64,000 nt of DNA, taken from a virus (lineage: Duplodnaviria; Heunggongvirae; Uroviricota; Caudoviricetes). Position 1 is the stretch's first letter, and the number at the start of each line of letters is the position of its first letter. Location of the stretch: IMG/VR virus record IMGVR_UViG_3300020718_000007, positions 84,390 to 148,389 of that record, one strand, 5' to 3'. The position numbers and the translations under genes were made by a program. The notes under the pieces were generated by a model. That model was not told the origin of the DNA and ran no database searches. It was given only the letters and a program-made list of their open reading frames with translations. Below are positions 39,244 through 49,109 of this stretch, one piece after another.

Positions 39244-40002
39244 ATGACCGATAAATCGAAGATATATAAACAAATGATAACTAGACTATCCGAGTATTTG
39301 TTCGAAGGGGAGGAAGATATAGCAGCCATACCTAGTAAGAAGCTCCATATTAAATGGGCAAAACCTGACTTGGGCGGAGAAATTCTCCATTACGATGCGG
39401 CAGCTAAACTAGAATTCTATCAGCATAACATCGATATTACCAATAAAGATATAGGTAAAGTCGAAGCTAAGTCTACTAAATTCTATAAATACCTATTTAA
39501 GCCCTTCAATAAAGGGGAATTAATAGATTTACCACTTACTTCTTCGGAGGATGAATTCCAAGTTACCAGAATTCAGAACCTGGATTCATACGAATACGAG
39601 AATATTGTAGCAGGAGCATATGGTAGAGGCTATGGTGATATTCTAATAGAAGTTACCAAAGCATTAAAAAAGAATGGTAGTTTAACATTACCAGCACCAA
39701 TTATAATTAGGTTCATCAATTTTGGTGAAACTAGAAGAAGTTCAGAGTCTAGTTACTTTCTATTTTCTGGAAATAGAAGAATTAATCTAGCACTACACTA
39801 TGGAATACCAATTAAAGCGTGGGTAGTGGATTTAATTCCATCTAGAAGAGACGTTAGAGATTTCGCAGAGAAAAATGGAGTACTAAGAAAGGGTGAATCT
39901 TTCTTTAGAGACCTTATACACAAAACTGTTGGAAAGGATAATCTGGAAGAATTAAGTGCCAGGGAACGTTTTAAAATTATACAAGCAATAAAGAACTCTT
40001 AA
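39244..40002 (+). CDS. hypothetical protein
   Basis: 252-aa ORF. Confidence 0.35.
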   Translation: MTDKSKIYKQMITRLSEYLFEGEEDIAAIPSKKLHIKWAKPDLGGEILHYDAAAKLEFYQHNIDITNKDIGKVEAKSTKFYKYLFKPFNKGELIDLPLTSSEDEFQVTRIQNLDSYEYENIVAGAYGRGYGDILIEVTKALKKNGSLTLPAPIIIRFINFGETRRSSESSYFLFSGNRRINLALHYGIPIKAWVVDLIPSRRDVRDFAEKNGVLRKGESFFRDLIHKTVGKDNLEELSARERFKIIQAIKNS

Positions 40003-40012
40003 ACTCAATAAA

Positions 40013-40213
40013 ATGGAAGAGAATAACACGTATCCAAAAAGCTATAGCTTGGATTACGAATTGAAATCTAAAATAGCGTACGAAGCCCTCTGTGAAAATT
40101 ATTCCAAACAACTTATTAATGACTTGATGAGTTATCTTCATATAGAAATAGAGGACCTTGCCGATGAGGAAGTAGTTAAAAAGATTTTAGGACTTTTTAA
40201 AATTAATAATTGA
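40013..40213 (+). CDS. hypothetical protein
   Basis: 66-aa ORF. Confidence 0.3.
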   Translation: MEENNTYPKSYSLDYELKSKIAYEALCENYSKQLINDLMSYLHIEIEDLADEEVVKKILGLFKINN

Positions 40214-40377
40214 TAATTTATGTTTAGTAAATTTTTTAAAGTAATAGGGGAGCTCCTCTATATGGTTGTTCTTTTAACAGGAACAACACTTGTAGTAATA
40301 CTTTCTGGTATATTTGTATTAAGTTTAATGGCAAGGGACAGATTTTATAAGCTCATAGGTAAAAACAAAAAAAAGTA

Positions 40378-41538
40378 ATGGCGGCAGCAACGACTAAAAA
40401 CTACTATACCGCTCTTGGTGTAGAAAAAAATGCTAGTCTAGATGAGATTAAAAAAGCTTATAGAAAATTAGCAATGGAGTTACATCCGGATAGAAATCCT
40501 GGTGATAAAAAATCTGAAGAGAAATTTAAAGAAGTAGCAGAGGCTTATGAAACCTTATCTGATATAGATAAGAAAAGTAAATATGATAAGTCTTGGTCCC
40601 CTGGCTATGGATATGGAACACCACCGTCACCGCCAAAACCAGAATCTCCCTATGACGAATACGTAAGAAGGTCAGGTAAAAGGGAATCATATAATCCAAA
40701 TCCTTTCGGAGGTGGATGGGATGATCCTTTTAGTGATTTTGATACTTTCTTTAATGCCAGAACCTCTAAACAACCACCTCCAAAGAAAAAGAAAGGTCAG
40801 GGAATATCTATTAATATTCCTATAACTGTTGCTGAGATGGTAACTGGTGTACAAAAGAAAATCAAACTGAAACGTAATGTTAAGTGTGGACCATGTAAAG
40901 GTACAGGAGCGCAGGATGGAAAATCATTCCAGAAATGTGGACGTTGCGGTGGATCTGGTTGGGTAAGAAGAATAGAGGATTTTAGTTATGGTGGAAGTGG
41001 AAAACAAACCAGATGTGATCAGTGTAATGGAGAAGGAAAAGTAGTACTTGAATCTTGCCATGTATGTAATGGAGGAAAAACAGAACTAAAAGAGGATATT
41101 ATTGATATCAATATACCAGCAGGTTCTATTGCTGGTATGCAATTTATTATTGCAGGAAAAGGACATGAAGAAAATGGAGCAGCGGAACCAGGAGATTTAA
41201 TAGTTTTTATTAAGGAACTTAATGAAGATGAGTTTATTAGATCTGGAACAAATCTAAGAGTTATACACGAAATACCTTTATTAGATGCTATATTAGGTTG
41301 TAAGATCAAAGTGAAAATGCCAATGGGGGAAATAATACAAACTATTGTAGAGCCTGGTACTACCCATGGAACTATTTTACAATTTCCGGGTAAAGGAATA
41401 CCTGATATAGGTGCAGGAACTAAGGGTGACTTTTTGGTAGAAGTTCGTATTAAAATTCCTATACCAAAAACTAAAGAAGACTATGATTTATTAAGTGACT
41501 TGAAAAAGACTAAATTGTTTGGAAATGATAATGACTAA
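40378..41538 (+). CDS. dnaJ: DnaJ (Hsp40) co-chaperone, type I
   Basis: J domain [35 protein letters not shown] (HPD motif); Gly/Pro-rich linker; four CxxCxGxG Zn-finger repeats ([31 protein letters not shown]); C-terminal substrate-binding domains. Confidence 0.8.
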   Translation: MAAATTKNYYTALGVEKNASLDEIKKAYRKLAMELHPDRNPGDKKSEEKFKEVAEAYETLSDIDKKSKYDKSWSPGYGYGTPPSPPKPESPYDEYVRRSGKRESYNPNPFGGGWDDPFSDFDTFFNARTSKQPPPKKKKGQGISINIPITVAEMVTGVQKKIKLKRNVKCGPCKGTGAQDGKSFQKCGRCGGSGWVRRIEDFSYGGSGKQTRCDQCNGEGKVVLESCHVCNGGKTELKEDIIDINIPAGSIAGMQFIIAGKGHEENGAAEPGDLIVFIKELNEDEFIRSGTNLRVIHEIPLLDAILGCKIKVKMPMGEIIQTIVEPGTTHGTILQFPGKGIPDIGAGTKGDFLVEVRIKIPIPKTKEDYDLLSDLKKTKLFGNDND

Positions 41539-41833
41539 TTTAATTTTATTTATTCTAGCCTCTTGGGGGCTTACCCACATCTTAGTATCCGGTAAAATTT
41601 TCGAAACCCCTCGCAACTGGATCATTATAAAAAACGAATTTCTTGGTGGAATACTTACATGCTATCAATGTACTGGATTTTGGTCTGGTATGTTTATAGC
41701 AGGATGTTTTACAAGAAATTATTTTTACATATTCCTATTAGGTCTTATAGCATCCGGAACATGCTCCTTTCTAAACTCTATCTATGTTGCTATTAGCACC
41801 TATATCAGAAAAAACCAAGATAATATATCTTAA
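41519..41833 (+). CDS. hypothetical integral membrane protein
   Basis: 104 aa with three hydrophobic segments. Confidence 0.35.
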   Translation: MEMIMTNLILFILASWGLTHILVSGKIFETPRNWIIIKNEFLGGILTCYQCTGFWSGMFIAGCFTRNYFYIFLLGLIASGTCSFLNSIYVAISTYIRKNQDNIS

Positions 41834-41891
41834 AAAATCACAGAAATAAAACCTGTGGTTTATTCTATAATACTTAGAATATCAATCGTTT

Positions 41892-43319
41892 ATGAGCACA
41901 AAGAAAACAATCACAATCCCTGAACAAATCAATCAGGACTATCGAAAGTATGCCTTGTACGTAATACAAAGTAGGGGTATACCAAATTTTTATGACTGTA
42001 TAACTCCTGTACAACGACTCATTTTACAAAATGCACCATCTACGTTTTCAAAAACTCCTGGTGTAATTGGTAGTGTATTTAGTACTGGATTATATCACCA
42101 CGGAGATTCCTCGTTGGCTTCCGCAATTTCTAAGTTGGCTAGACCATTTGGATGTTCGGAACAGATAATGGAGGGTGACGGATTCTTCGGAACTCCAGTA
42201 AATCCTAGACCAGCAAGTGCAAGGTATACCATGGTGAAAATTGTTCCTAAATATAGAAATATGTTAGAGGAATATAAGGATCTAAATATGCCCAATGAAG
42301 AAGGTGGATATGATTGGCTTAATGTAACATATCCGATTGGATTATCAACACATATTGTTGGTATTGCAGTAGGATATAGTTCTAACATCCTTCCAAGAAA
42401 ACAGGAAGAGGTAGAAGCTTATTTACAAGGAGATACTACTAAGAAATTAAAACCTTACTTCAAAGGATTTAGGGGTAAAATATCAAAGATAGAAGGACTT
42501 AAATCTTCCTGGTTAATAGAAGGAGAATTCTCGGTTAATAAGCCAAACAAAACTATTCAAATAATGAGCCTTTCTCCATTAGCTCGTTATGATAGTTTTA
42601 TTACTAAGATAGGTTTACTTCTTGATAATAAAGGTGTAGATTATCGTATAGAGAATAGATCAAAAGATGAAGTAGAAGTAACCATTAAATTAAAATGTTC
42701 CGATACCGAATTTGATGAAATTGCTACTAGAATCCAAAGAGAAACACAAAAAATAGTAACGGAAAATATAGTTTTTGTTAAAGATGGGTTAGTAATGGAA
42801 TATGAAAGTATCCAAGAATACTTAGACCAATTTAGAGTTCATAGAGAAGAAGTTACTTATAAAAGGTTAGTAAAGGATCTTTATTATAATGATAGGGAAT
42901 TAGCATTTCAGGAAGCTAAATTAAAGTTTCTGGTATTCATGCAAGCTAAGAAAAGGCTTAATGATGAAATAATGGAATTTCTAAAGCCTTATGATACCTG
43001 GATAAAATCACGATTGGAAGCTATTACGTTAGTTAAGTTGTCCGAGAAGGAAATAGAAATAACAAAACTAAAGATAGAAGAATTAAAAGCCACTGCTCTT
43101 GAAATTAAGGCAGCTATGAAGAATCAGGCTAATAAATGGGCAGCGATTAAAAAGGCATGGGAACAAGCAGCAAAATCTAAACCTAAACAATCTACTTTAA
43201 TGTTAGAAACAGCAGGTGAGGCTTTTGATGGTATTGAAATTTGGAATCCAGAAGAAGCAATGATACCAGAAGAAGATGAAGCAAGTATTCTTGATGACGA
43301 AGAAGGAATAGAAAACTAA
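41892..43319 (+). CDS. gp52: DNA topoisomerase II medium subunit (GyrA-like breakage-reunion domain), T4 gp52 family
   Basis: active-site Tyr context PASARYTMVKI (GyrA: AMRYTE); winged-helix region ITPVQRLIL. Confidence 0.75.
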   Translation: MSTKKTITIPEQINQDYRKYALYVIQSRGIPNFYDCITPVQRLILQNAPSTFSKTPGVIGSVFSTGLYHHGDSSLASAISKLARPFGCSEQIMEGDGFFGTPVNPRPASARYTMVKIVPKYRNMLEEYKDLNMPNEEGGYDWLNVTYPIGLSTHIVGIAVGYSSNILPRKQEEVEAYLQGDTTKKLKPYFKGFRGKISKIEGLKSSWLIEGEFSVNKPNKTIQIMSLSPLARYDSFITKIGLLLDNKGVDYRIENRSKDEVEVTIKLKCSDTEFDEIATRIQRETQKIVTENIVFVKDGLVMEYESIQEYLDQFRVHREEVTYKRLVKDLYYNDRELAFQEAKLKFLVFMQAKKRLNDEIMEFLKPYDTWIKSRLEAITLVKLSEKEIEITKLKIEELKATALEIKAAMKNQANKWAAIKKAWEQAAKSKPKQSTLMLETAGEAFDGIEIWNPEEAMIPEEDEASILDDEEGIEN

Positions 43320-43346
43320 AACTAAAATAACAAAACAAATTCAGAG

Positions 43347-44117
43347 ATGAAAAATAACGAAACCAAATTGAAATTTAGAATTACTAATTCTGGTAATTTA
43401 ATATCATTCCTAAACAAAATAAAGTCTGTAGACAAATCTGTTATTTTGGAATTAGATGGAACACAATTTTTTGCAAAGGTTAGAACTGCAGATAAATCGG
43501 TTATTAAATATGTTAGTATTGATACTTCAGACTTCATGGAAGGAGAAGTTCCTAAGGGTAGAGTAAAAATCGGAATTATGGAACTCAATAAGATTATTAA
43601 TGCGTTCAAATATTTTGGACCAGAGGAGGAATCTTATATTGAGCTAACAGTAGAACCGGTTGACAAAAATATATTGGCAACTTCTATGAAGATTTTCTCT
43701 AAGTCTATCAAGATTAATATTCGATGTGCTGATATAGACTTACTAACCTACATGGATGATAATATCCAGAAAACAATTCATTCCACAGAAGGATATTTAA
43801 TAGGATTTCCAGTTACCAAGGAAGCCTTTACAAAAATAGTTTCTTTAAGTGGGATGGAAAACAATTCGGAGGAGTTGTTAAATTTTGATGTTTATAGCAA
43901 TAGGCTAGTTGTTAGGGGTAATTCGTTTGAATATAACCTAATAAGGGAGCAAGATATACAAGGCTATAAAGAGGATGGAACTTATACAATTTATAAGAAC
44001 CAGTTTTCCAGTATTGACCAAGAAAATTCTATGTTCTATATCCACGAAAATAGAGTAATAGTTTTATCACAAGAGTCCGAGTCACAAATAGCAATTGGAC
44101 GTGTAGAAATGGAGTAA
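43347..44117 (+). CDS. hypothetical protein, possibly sliding clamp (gp45-like) by position and size
   Basis: 256 aa; sits immediately upstream of the polymerase C-fragment as gp45 sits near gene 43 in T4; only weak N-terminal resemblance. Confidence 0.25.
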   Translation: MKNNETKLKFRITNSGNLISFLNKIKSVDKSVILELDGTQFFAKVRTADKSVIKYVSIDTSDFMEGEVPKGRVKIGIMELNKIINAFKYFGPEEESYIELTVEPVDKNILATSMKIFSKSIKINIRCADIDLLTYMDDNIQKTIHSTEGYLIGFPVTKEAFTKIVSLSGMENNSEELLNFDVYSNRLVVRGNSFEYNLIREQDIQGYKEDGTYTIYKNQFSSIDQENSMFYIHENRVIVLSQESESQIAIGRVEME

Positions 44118-44119
44118 TT

Positions 44120-45286
44120 ATGAATCAAGACTATAATAACCTTTCCATAGAGGAAATTGAAGCAGAAATAGCTAGGTTACAGGCACTTTCTAAAGACTAC
44201 AAAAATGAGGAACAAGGAATTAAATTAACCCTTAACTCAATATATGGAGCGCTTGGAAATCAATGGTTTGCATTATTTAACCTAGAAGTAGCAGAAGCTG
44301 TAACAATGCAAGGCCAGGATCTATGGAAATATGCAGAAAAAATCATTAACAGGTATTTCCACCAACACTGGCACCTGGATACAGAGCTACACGAAAAGTT
44401 AGGACTTAAAAATGTCAAACCAATAACAGTAGATATGGTTATCTACGGAGATACCGATAGTAACTATGTGAATATTGGTGCAGCATTAGATTCCTGTGAT
44501 TTTGAAGGTAATCCTTTGGACTTTGTATTGAAATTAGATGAATATAGGCTAAGGGGCTATATTAAGAAATGTTTGGACTTATATGCAGAAAAATGGAATA
44601 CTCAGAATTATCAGGATTTTGAATTAGAAAGTATTTCCAAAAATGGTATATTTCTTGGTAAAAAGAAAAACGTATTAAATGTTGCATGGGAATCTTCAGG
44701 ACATGACCAATTAGAAGATTTAAGTAAGGTAAAATATACAGGAGTAGAAATGGTAGTCGGCGGAACTGCACCCTTCGCCAGACTTCACTTAAAAAGTCTT
44801 GTAAACCACTTCTTTAAAAGGGGTAAGTCTTTTGACCTTCGGGAATTTGTGAAAATGCTAAGAGTAATCAAGTCGGATTTTAAATTACAAAAACCAGAAG
44901 ATATTTCAGTATCCATGAACGTAAATAATATGGAACAATATATCCTTTGTGATACATCCAGATTTGAAGTGGCTTCTAAATGTCCAATGCACGTAAGAGC
45001 TGCAGGGTATCATAATTTTATCCTAAACAACTCTAAATACAAGCAAAAATACACGCTAATTCGTTCTACAGATAAGATTAAGTTTTATTACGTAAAGGTC
45101 GGTAGCAAGCTCGAAAACAATGTTTTCGGTTATCTTGTAGGGGCTTATCCTTACGAGTATGCTCTGCCAATTGATATGGAGGAACAATTTAATCGTACAA
45201 TTTTGGACCCTATTAATAGGTTTTTAGAAGCTATGGGTTATCCCCCATTGAATTCAAATCTACTATTAGTGCATGCTTTATTTTAA
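44120..45286 (+). CDS. gp43-C: family-B DNA polymerase, C-terminal fragment (motifs B and C plus thumb), T4 gp43-like
   Basis: motif B KLTLNSIYGALGN (T4: KILINSLYGALGN), motif C IYGDTDSNYV; the ORF begins about 35 aa before motif B. Confidence 0.8.
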   Translation: MNQDYNNLSIEEIEAEIARLQALSKDYKNEEQGIKLTLNSIYGALGNQWFALFNLEVAEAVTMQGQDLWKYAEKIINRYFHQHWHLDTELHEKLGLKNVKPITVDMVIYGDTDSNYVNIGAALDSCDFEGNPLDFVLKLDEYRLRGYIKKCLDLYAEKWNTQNYQDFELESISKNGIFLGKKKNVLNVAWESSGHDQLEDLSKVKYTGVEMVVGGTAPFARLHLKSLVNHFFKRGKSFDLREFVKMLRVIKSDFKLQKPEDISVSMNVNNMEQYILCDTSRFEVASKCPMHVRAAGYHNFILNNSKYKQKYTLIRSTDKIKFYYVKVGSKLENNVFGYLVGAYPYEYALPIDMEEQFNRTILDPINRFLEAMGYPPLNSNLLLVHALF

Positions 45287-45297
45287 TGGAATGAAGT

Positions 45298-45310
45298 GGA
45301 TATATAATAC
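45298..45310 (+). promoter_or_regulatory. GGATATATAATAC upstream motif (weaker copy of the recurrent ATATATAAA element)
   Basis: located 24 nt upstream of the ATG at 45334. Confidence 0.2.
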
Positions 45311-45333
45311 AATATATTATCCCGTTTCTCTTC

Positions 45334-45933
45334 ATGAAAAATTTTAACGAATATAGGAAAATTAAATCTGGCAGTGGCTTAATTACAGAACAACAGTTCA
45401 TGTCTGATAAAGGCCCGGAAAATTTAGAGGTGGAATTAGTAGGCCCGGACGAGCAACCAATTGGTGCACCGACTACGATTCCACTTTCTCCTGTTAAGTT
45501 GAAGAAGCCAAGTGATATGGGAGCTGGGGTAGCACCTGCACCAGAGCAAGCTTTAATAGAAGCACCAGAAGGTGAGGTAACACAGGATTCATTCATTACT
45601 AAATTAATGAATGCACAGGTCCAATTGAGAATAGTCCATTTTGGAACAGAAGAATATCCTTTACATGTTGCGAGTGGAGTAACATATGAAGCATTGGATG
45701 AATTAATGGACAAATTTGTTGAAACCTATCAGGGATATTTTCCAAGGGTTAAGTTTTGTGATTGTTTCAATATTAGAAATGTATGCGATTTGGTAATAGA
45801 AGAATGGATTTGTTCCGTAGAAGGGGATATTGATAGTTTAAGGAGTATGTGTCCACAAACAGATCTCCAAAACATTTTAGATGAAATTAAAGGATTATTT
45901 GGAAAATTAAAATACCTACTTACCCTAAAATAA
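45334..45933 (+). CDS. hypothetical protein
   Basis: 199-aa ORF. Confidence 0.35.
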   Translation: MKNFNEYRKIKSGSGLITEQQFMSDKGPENLEVELVGPDEQPIGAPTTIPLSPVKLKKPSDMGAGVAPAPEQALIEAPEGEVTQDSFITKLMNAQVQLRIVHFGTEEYPLHVASGVTYEALDELMDKFVETYQGYFPRVKFCDCFNIRNVCDLVIEEWICSVEGDIDSLRSMCPQTDLQNILDEIKGLFGKLKYLLTLK

Positions 45934-45946
45934 CTCATATGGTTTC

Positions 45947-46333
45947 ATGTCATTTCACAAAAGATTTCTTAGCTTAGGTTTAATAGTTGCTGCAGCAAAG
46001 AGTTCAGGAGATTTTCCTGTCTTTGAAAAATTTATGACGAATATTGCAGTTTATACATATCTAGACGAGGAAGCTAAATCTATACATGAAATGTTTGGAC
46101 AAAAAGAAGAACTAAGGAGAAATCTTTGGTTAATTCTAGGAACCCAAGAATTTAAAAATTACCACCCTTCTATAGCAGTAAAAGCCCTTTGCAAATGTTG
46201 GAATGTTATAAATAACAAATCCAACGAGGATAAGCACCTAACAGGAATTACTAATTATGCCCATCTAGTGGAAAAATGCGAGCCAAAATATAAAGTGGTT
46301 CTTTCAGAAATTGTTCAAGCCATCATAAACTAA
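45947..46333 (+). CDS. hypothetical protein
   Basis: 128-aa ORF. Confidence 0.35.
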   Translation: MSFHKRFLSLGLIVAAAKSSGDFPVFEKFMTNIAVYTYLDEEAKSIHEMFGQKEELRRNLWLILGTQEFKNYHPSIAVKALCKCWNVINNKSNEDKHLTGITNYAHLVEKCEPKYKVVLSEIVQAIIN

Positions 46334-46394
46334 ATTTTTTTATTCAGAAACTTATCTTTACATTTGTGTATAAAGTGAGTTATAACTCAATTCT

Positions 46395-46736
46395 ATGAAT
46401 AAAGAGGAAACAAAAAAATCAATAGACGACTTTATAAAGGAGTGGGAAGACTATAAAAACGAGTCAGAGGATGGCAAATTGAGGTTTTTCAAAAGTTATT
46501 GGTTTATAACGGATTATAGTAAACCAGCACCCAATATTGAATCTTTGGGCTCTACTGGTGAATCAGATCCGACAATAGATTATTTTACTTGGGCTATGAA
46601 AAAACAGTCCAAAATACCATTTAAACAATTTAAAAATGAGTTACGTAGTAGTGGACTGCGAGAGCGATGGTCCAATTCCTGGAAAATATTCCTTGGTAAG
46701 CTTTGGTGCGGTAATAGTAGAAAAAAGCTTAACTAA
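46395..46736 (+). CDS. hypothetical protein (its 3' 100 nt overlap the next gene in another frame)
   Basis: 113-aa ORF; the unusually long overlap suggests a frameshift or fusion with the exonuclease gene. Confidence 0.3.
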   Translation: MNKEETKKSIDDFIKEWEDYKNESEDGKLRFFKSYWFITDYSKPAPNIESLGSTGESDPTIDYFTWAMKKQSKIPFKQFKNELRSSGLRERWSNSWKIFLGKLWCGNSRKKLN

Positions 46737-47154
46737 GACATTTTATGCCGAAACTAAACCGATTTCGGATATTTGGATACCAGAAGCATTAGCAATATCT
46801 GGATTTACCAGAGAGCAACATTTAGCATTTCCTGAGCCCAAGGAAGCAATGATACGATTTAAAAAGTGGCTGCAAGAAAATAGTAAAGGACATCCCGTCT
46901 TTATCTCCGACAATTTGGCATACGACTGGCAATGGATTAATTGGTATTTCCATACTTATTTAGAGGAAACCCCCCTTGGCTTTTCTGGTAGAAGAATTGG
47001 TGATATTTATTGTGGCCTCGTTAGTGATTCTCGAGCAAAATGGAAACATTTAAGGAAAACATATCATGATCATAATCCGGTCAATGATGCTAAAGGTAAT
47101 GCAGAAGCTCTTTTACGGATGCAAGAAATGGGCTTAAAAATTAAATTTGAGTGA
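46636..47154 (+). CDS. DEDDh 3'-5' exonuclease (DnaQ/RNase T-like)
   Basis: Exo I VVVDCESDGP, Exo II ISDNLAYDW, Exo III HDHNPVNDAKGNAEAL. Confidence 0.6.
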   Translation: MSYVVVDCESDGPIPGKYSLVSFGAVIVEKSLTKTFYAETKPISDIWIPEALAISGFTREQHLAFPEPKEAMIRFKKWLQENSKGHPVFISDNLAYDWQWINWYFHTYLEETPLGFSGRRIGDIYCGLVSDSRAKWKHLRKTYHDHNPVNDAKGNAEALLRMQEMGLKIKFE

Positions 47155-47228
47155 GATCTATTATAATTTTAATAGGATTCCGGTATTTAATGGTTTGAAG
47201 AATAAATAGATGTATAAAATACTATTCT

Positions 47229-47600
47229 ATGAAACTGACTAAGACCTTTAACCTAAAAATGTATGAGCTGGATATAAAATTTATTATTTGTCCAGATATG
47301 CAGGCAGAATTTGATCGTATTTCTAAAAAGAAAAAAGAAAATGGGAAATTTAATATTACCTTTCGCGGTGATGCTGGTGGACTAGCATTTTCTTCAAGTA
47401 TACATGAATGTTATATTATATTAAAGGATGATTCGATAGCTCATTCATATATAGCGCATGAAATTTTACATACAGTGGAAAAAATAACACGAGATAGAGG
47501 AATAAAGGACGAGGAAGCAAGGGCTTATTTATGTGGACATATTACTAAAATGATTTACCAGTATTTAGAAAAAAGAAAAGTAGAGATTTATAATGGATAA
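47229..47600 (+). CDS. hypothetical protein (contains an HEILH motif)
   Basis: 123-aa ORF; the HExxH may be coincidental. Confidence 0.35.
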   Translation: MKLTKTFNLKMYELDIKFIICPDMQAEFDRISKKKKENGKFNITFRGDAGGLAFSSSIHECYIILKDDSIAHSYIAHEILHTVEKITRDRGIKDEEARAYLCGHITKMIYQYLEKRKVEIYNG

Positions 47601-47835
47601 AAAGAAACCCAAAATTAAAGTAGAAACCAATTATAATTCTTTAAGGATATTTATAAATGGGATCTTACATTTATCCATAAAAAAGAATGAGCTAATCTCC
47701 GTACAATCTTGGCTTATTGAAAACCTTTATATAATAGAATACACAACAAAAGATACCGAAATATTAACAGAATATGTTGATAGGGAAACATGGGAAACAA
47801 TATTAAAGGGCTTAGTAGAAACAAATATTATATAA
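47593..47835 (+). CDS. hypothetical protein
   Basis: 80-aa ORF. Confidence 0.3.
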   Translation: MDKKKPKIKVETNYNSLRIFINGILHLSIKKNELISVQSWLIENLYIIEYTTKDTEILTEYVDRETWETILKGLVETNII

Positions 47836-48057
47836 TAATTAAAAATGTTCTTAAAAGTCAAAAATAAATTTTTTTAGTCTGAAATCTTTTATTACATTTG
47901 CTGTATAAATAACAAATAATAAATTCTTAACGAGATATATATAACAACAATGAGACAGGTATTCTTTATATTCGATGTAGTCGTGGCAGAGGAAGTAGTT
48001 TTCTGGGCGGATGAAAATTGGACATAAGAATTCTGGACTTAATAACCTTTTATAAAA

Positions 48058-48086
48058 GGAGCTTCCAGATAACTGGAAGCTTTTTT
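48058..48086 (+). terminator. rho-independent terminator
   Basis: GAGCTTCCAG-ATAA-CTGGAAGC followed by TTTTTT. Confidence 0.5.
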
Positions 48087-48095
48087 AATTTATAT

Positions 48096-48124
48096 CGTTA
48101 ATGATCTTTAACAAGTCATTAACG
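48096..48124 (+). other. 9-bp inverted repeat hairpin upstream of the tRNA cluster
   Basis: CGTTAATGA ... TCATTAACG with an 11-nt loop. Confidence 0.3.
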
Positions 48125-48145
48125 AAAAAATCAGAAACGATTTAT

Positions 48146-48153
48146 TATTTTTG
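48146..48153 (+). promoter_or_regulatory. TATTTTTG, resembles the Bacteroidota sigma-A -7 element (TAnnTTTG), upstream of the tRNA cluster
   Basis: sequence match only; about 60 nt upstream of the first tRNA. Confidence 0.2.
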
Positions 48154-48212
48154 TAAATATAACAATGAGTGATAACTCAAAGAAATGGTCTTTGAAATAT
48201 TGGATTTTAATT

Positions 48213-48285
48213 GGTGAGGTAGCTCAGTTGGTAGAGCGCAGCCCTGAAGAGGCTGGCGTCGGGGGTTCGAGTCCCTCCTTCACCA
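48213..48285 (+). tRNA. tRNA-Phe (anticodon GAA)
   Basis: manual cloverleaf: acceptor GGTGAGG/CTTCACC, D arm GCTC-AGTTGGTA-GAGC, anticodon stem CAGCC/GGCTG with loop CTGAAGA, T arm GGGGG-TTCGAGT-CCCTC. Confidence 0.8.
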
Positions 48286-48326
48286 CTCAAGACGGGAAAA
48301 GTACTGATACCCGCCGTGAACAAAGT

Positions 48327-48345
48327 CCTCGGTTCGTAACCGAGG
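48327..48345 (+). other. inter-tRNA spacer hairpin
   Basis: CCTCGGTT-CGT-AACCGAGG, 8-bp stem. Confidence 0.3.
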
Positions 48346-48351
48346 CAAACT

Positions 48352-48422
48352 ACGGGCGTAGTTCAATGGTAGAATATCGGTCTCCAAAACCGCAGATGGG
48401 GGTTCGAGTCCTTTCGCCCGTG
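48352..48422 (+). tRNA. tRNA-Trp (anticodon CCA)
   Basis: acceptor ACGGGCG/CGCCCGT, anticodon stem CGGT/ACCG with loop CTCCAAA, T arm GGGGG-TTCGAGT-CCTTT. Confidence 0.7.
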
Positions 48423-48430
48423 CCGCGAAA

Positions 48431-48470
48431 CTTTTGCACTTTTCTTGGATATATAGAATAAAACACTATT
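48431..48470 (+). repeat. direct repeat copy 1 (~40 nt, CTTTTGCACTTTTCTTGGATATATAGAATAAAACACTATT) upstream of the GIY-YIG gene
   Basis: near-identical copy at 49769-49809; contains an ATATATAgAATAAAA late-promoter-like core. Confidence 0.7.
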
Positions 48471-49109
48471 ATGCCAAGGGAAAGAAAAGTTTACAAATAT
48501 CATTTTATTTATAAAACTACAAACATTAAGAATGGTAAATTTTATATTGGAATGCACTCCACTGATAACTTAGATGATGGTTATTTAGGAAGTGGAGAAA
48601 AATTAAGAAGTTCTATAAGACATTATGGAAAAGAGAATCATCATAGGGAAATATTAGAATTTTTACCTAATAGGAAAGAATTATCTAATAGAGAAGAGGA
48701 AATAATAAATGAGAAATTTTTGGAAAATCCTCTTTGTTTAAATTTAGCAATTGGAGGCGAAGGATCAGGTGATAGCTTTAATTATGTTAATAGTATCTAT
48801 TGGAAATTACCAGAAAACAAAGAAAGAATTAGCAAATTAGTTAGTGAATTTAATATCAAAAATTGGAATAATTTAGATTCTAATAAAAAGAAGGAGAGAT
48901 TAAAAAATCTTAATTTTTCTAATAAAAGTCATACTAAAGAAGCTAAAGAACAGATAGGTAAGAGTAATTCAATAAAACAAAAAGGAGAGAAAAATTCCCA
49001 ATTTGGTAAAATTTGGATTACTAAAGAAAATGAAGAGAAGAAAATTATCCAATCAGAATTTGAAAATTATTCTAAGATAGGTTGGATAAGAGGAAGAAGG
49101 GGGAGGTAG
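48471..49109 (+). mobile_element. GIY-YIG homing endonuclease gene (copy A) inserted between tRNA genes
   Basis: KYHFIYKTTNIKNGKFYIGMHST...DGYLGSG; the stop codon (49107-49109) lies inside the 5' acceptor/D region of the following tRNA-like gene. Confidence 0.7.

Noticed and set aside
45231-45713. Minus-strand 160-aa ORF
   Set aside because: It is antisense to two well-supported + strand genes.
47229-47600. HEILH motif suggesting a small metallopeptidase
   Set aside because: It is a single short motif in a 123-aa protein without the downstream third ligand. It may be chance and is retained only as a note.
48165-48461. 98-aa + strand ORF spanning tRNA-Phe and tRNA-Trp
   Set aside because: The frame is open only because the GC-rich tRNA sequences lack stop codons. 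Its translation (…GEVAQLVERSPEEAGVGGSSPS…) simply reads through the tRNA structure.
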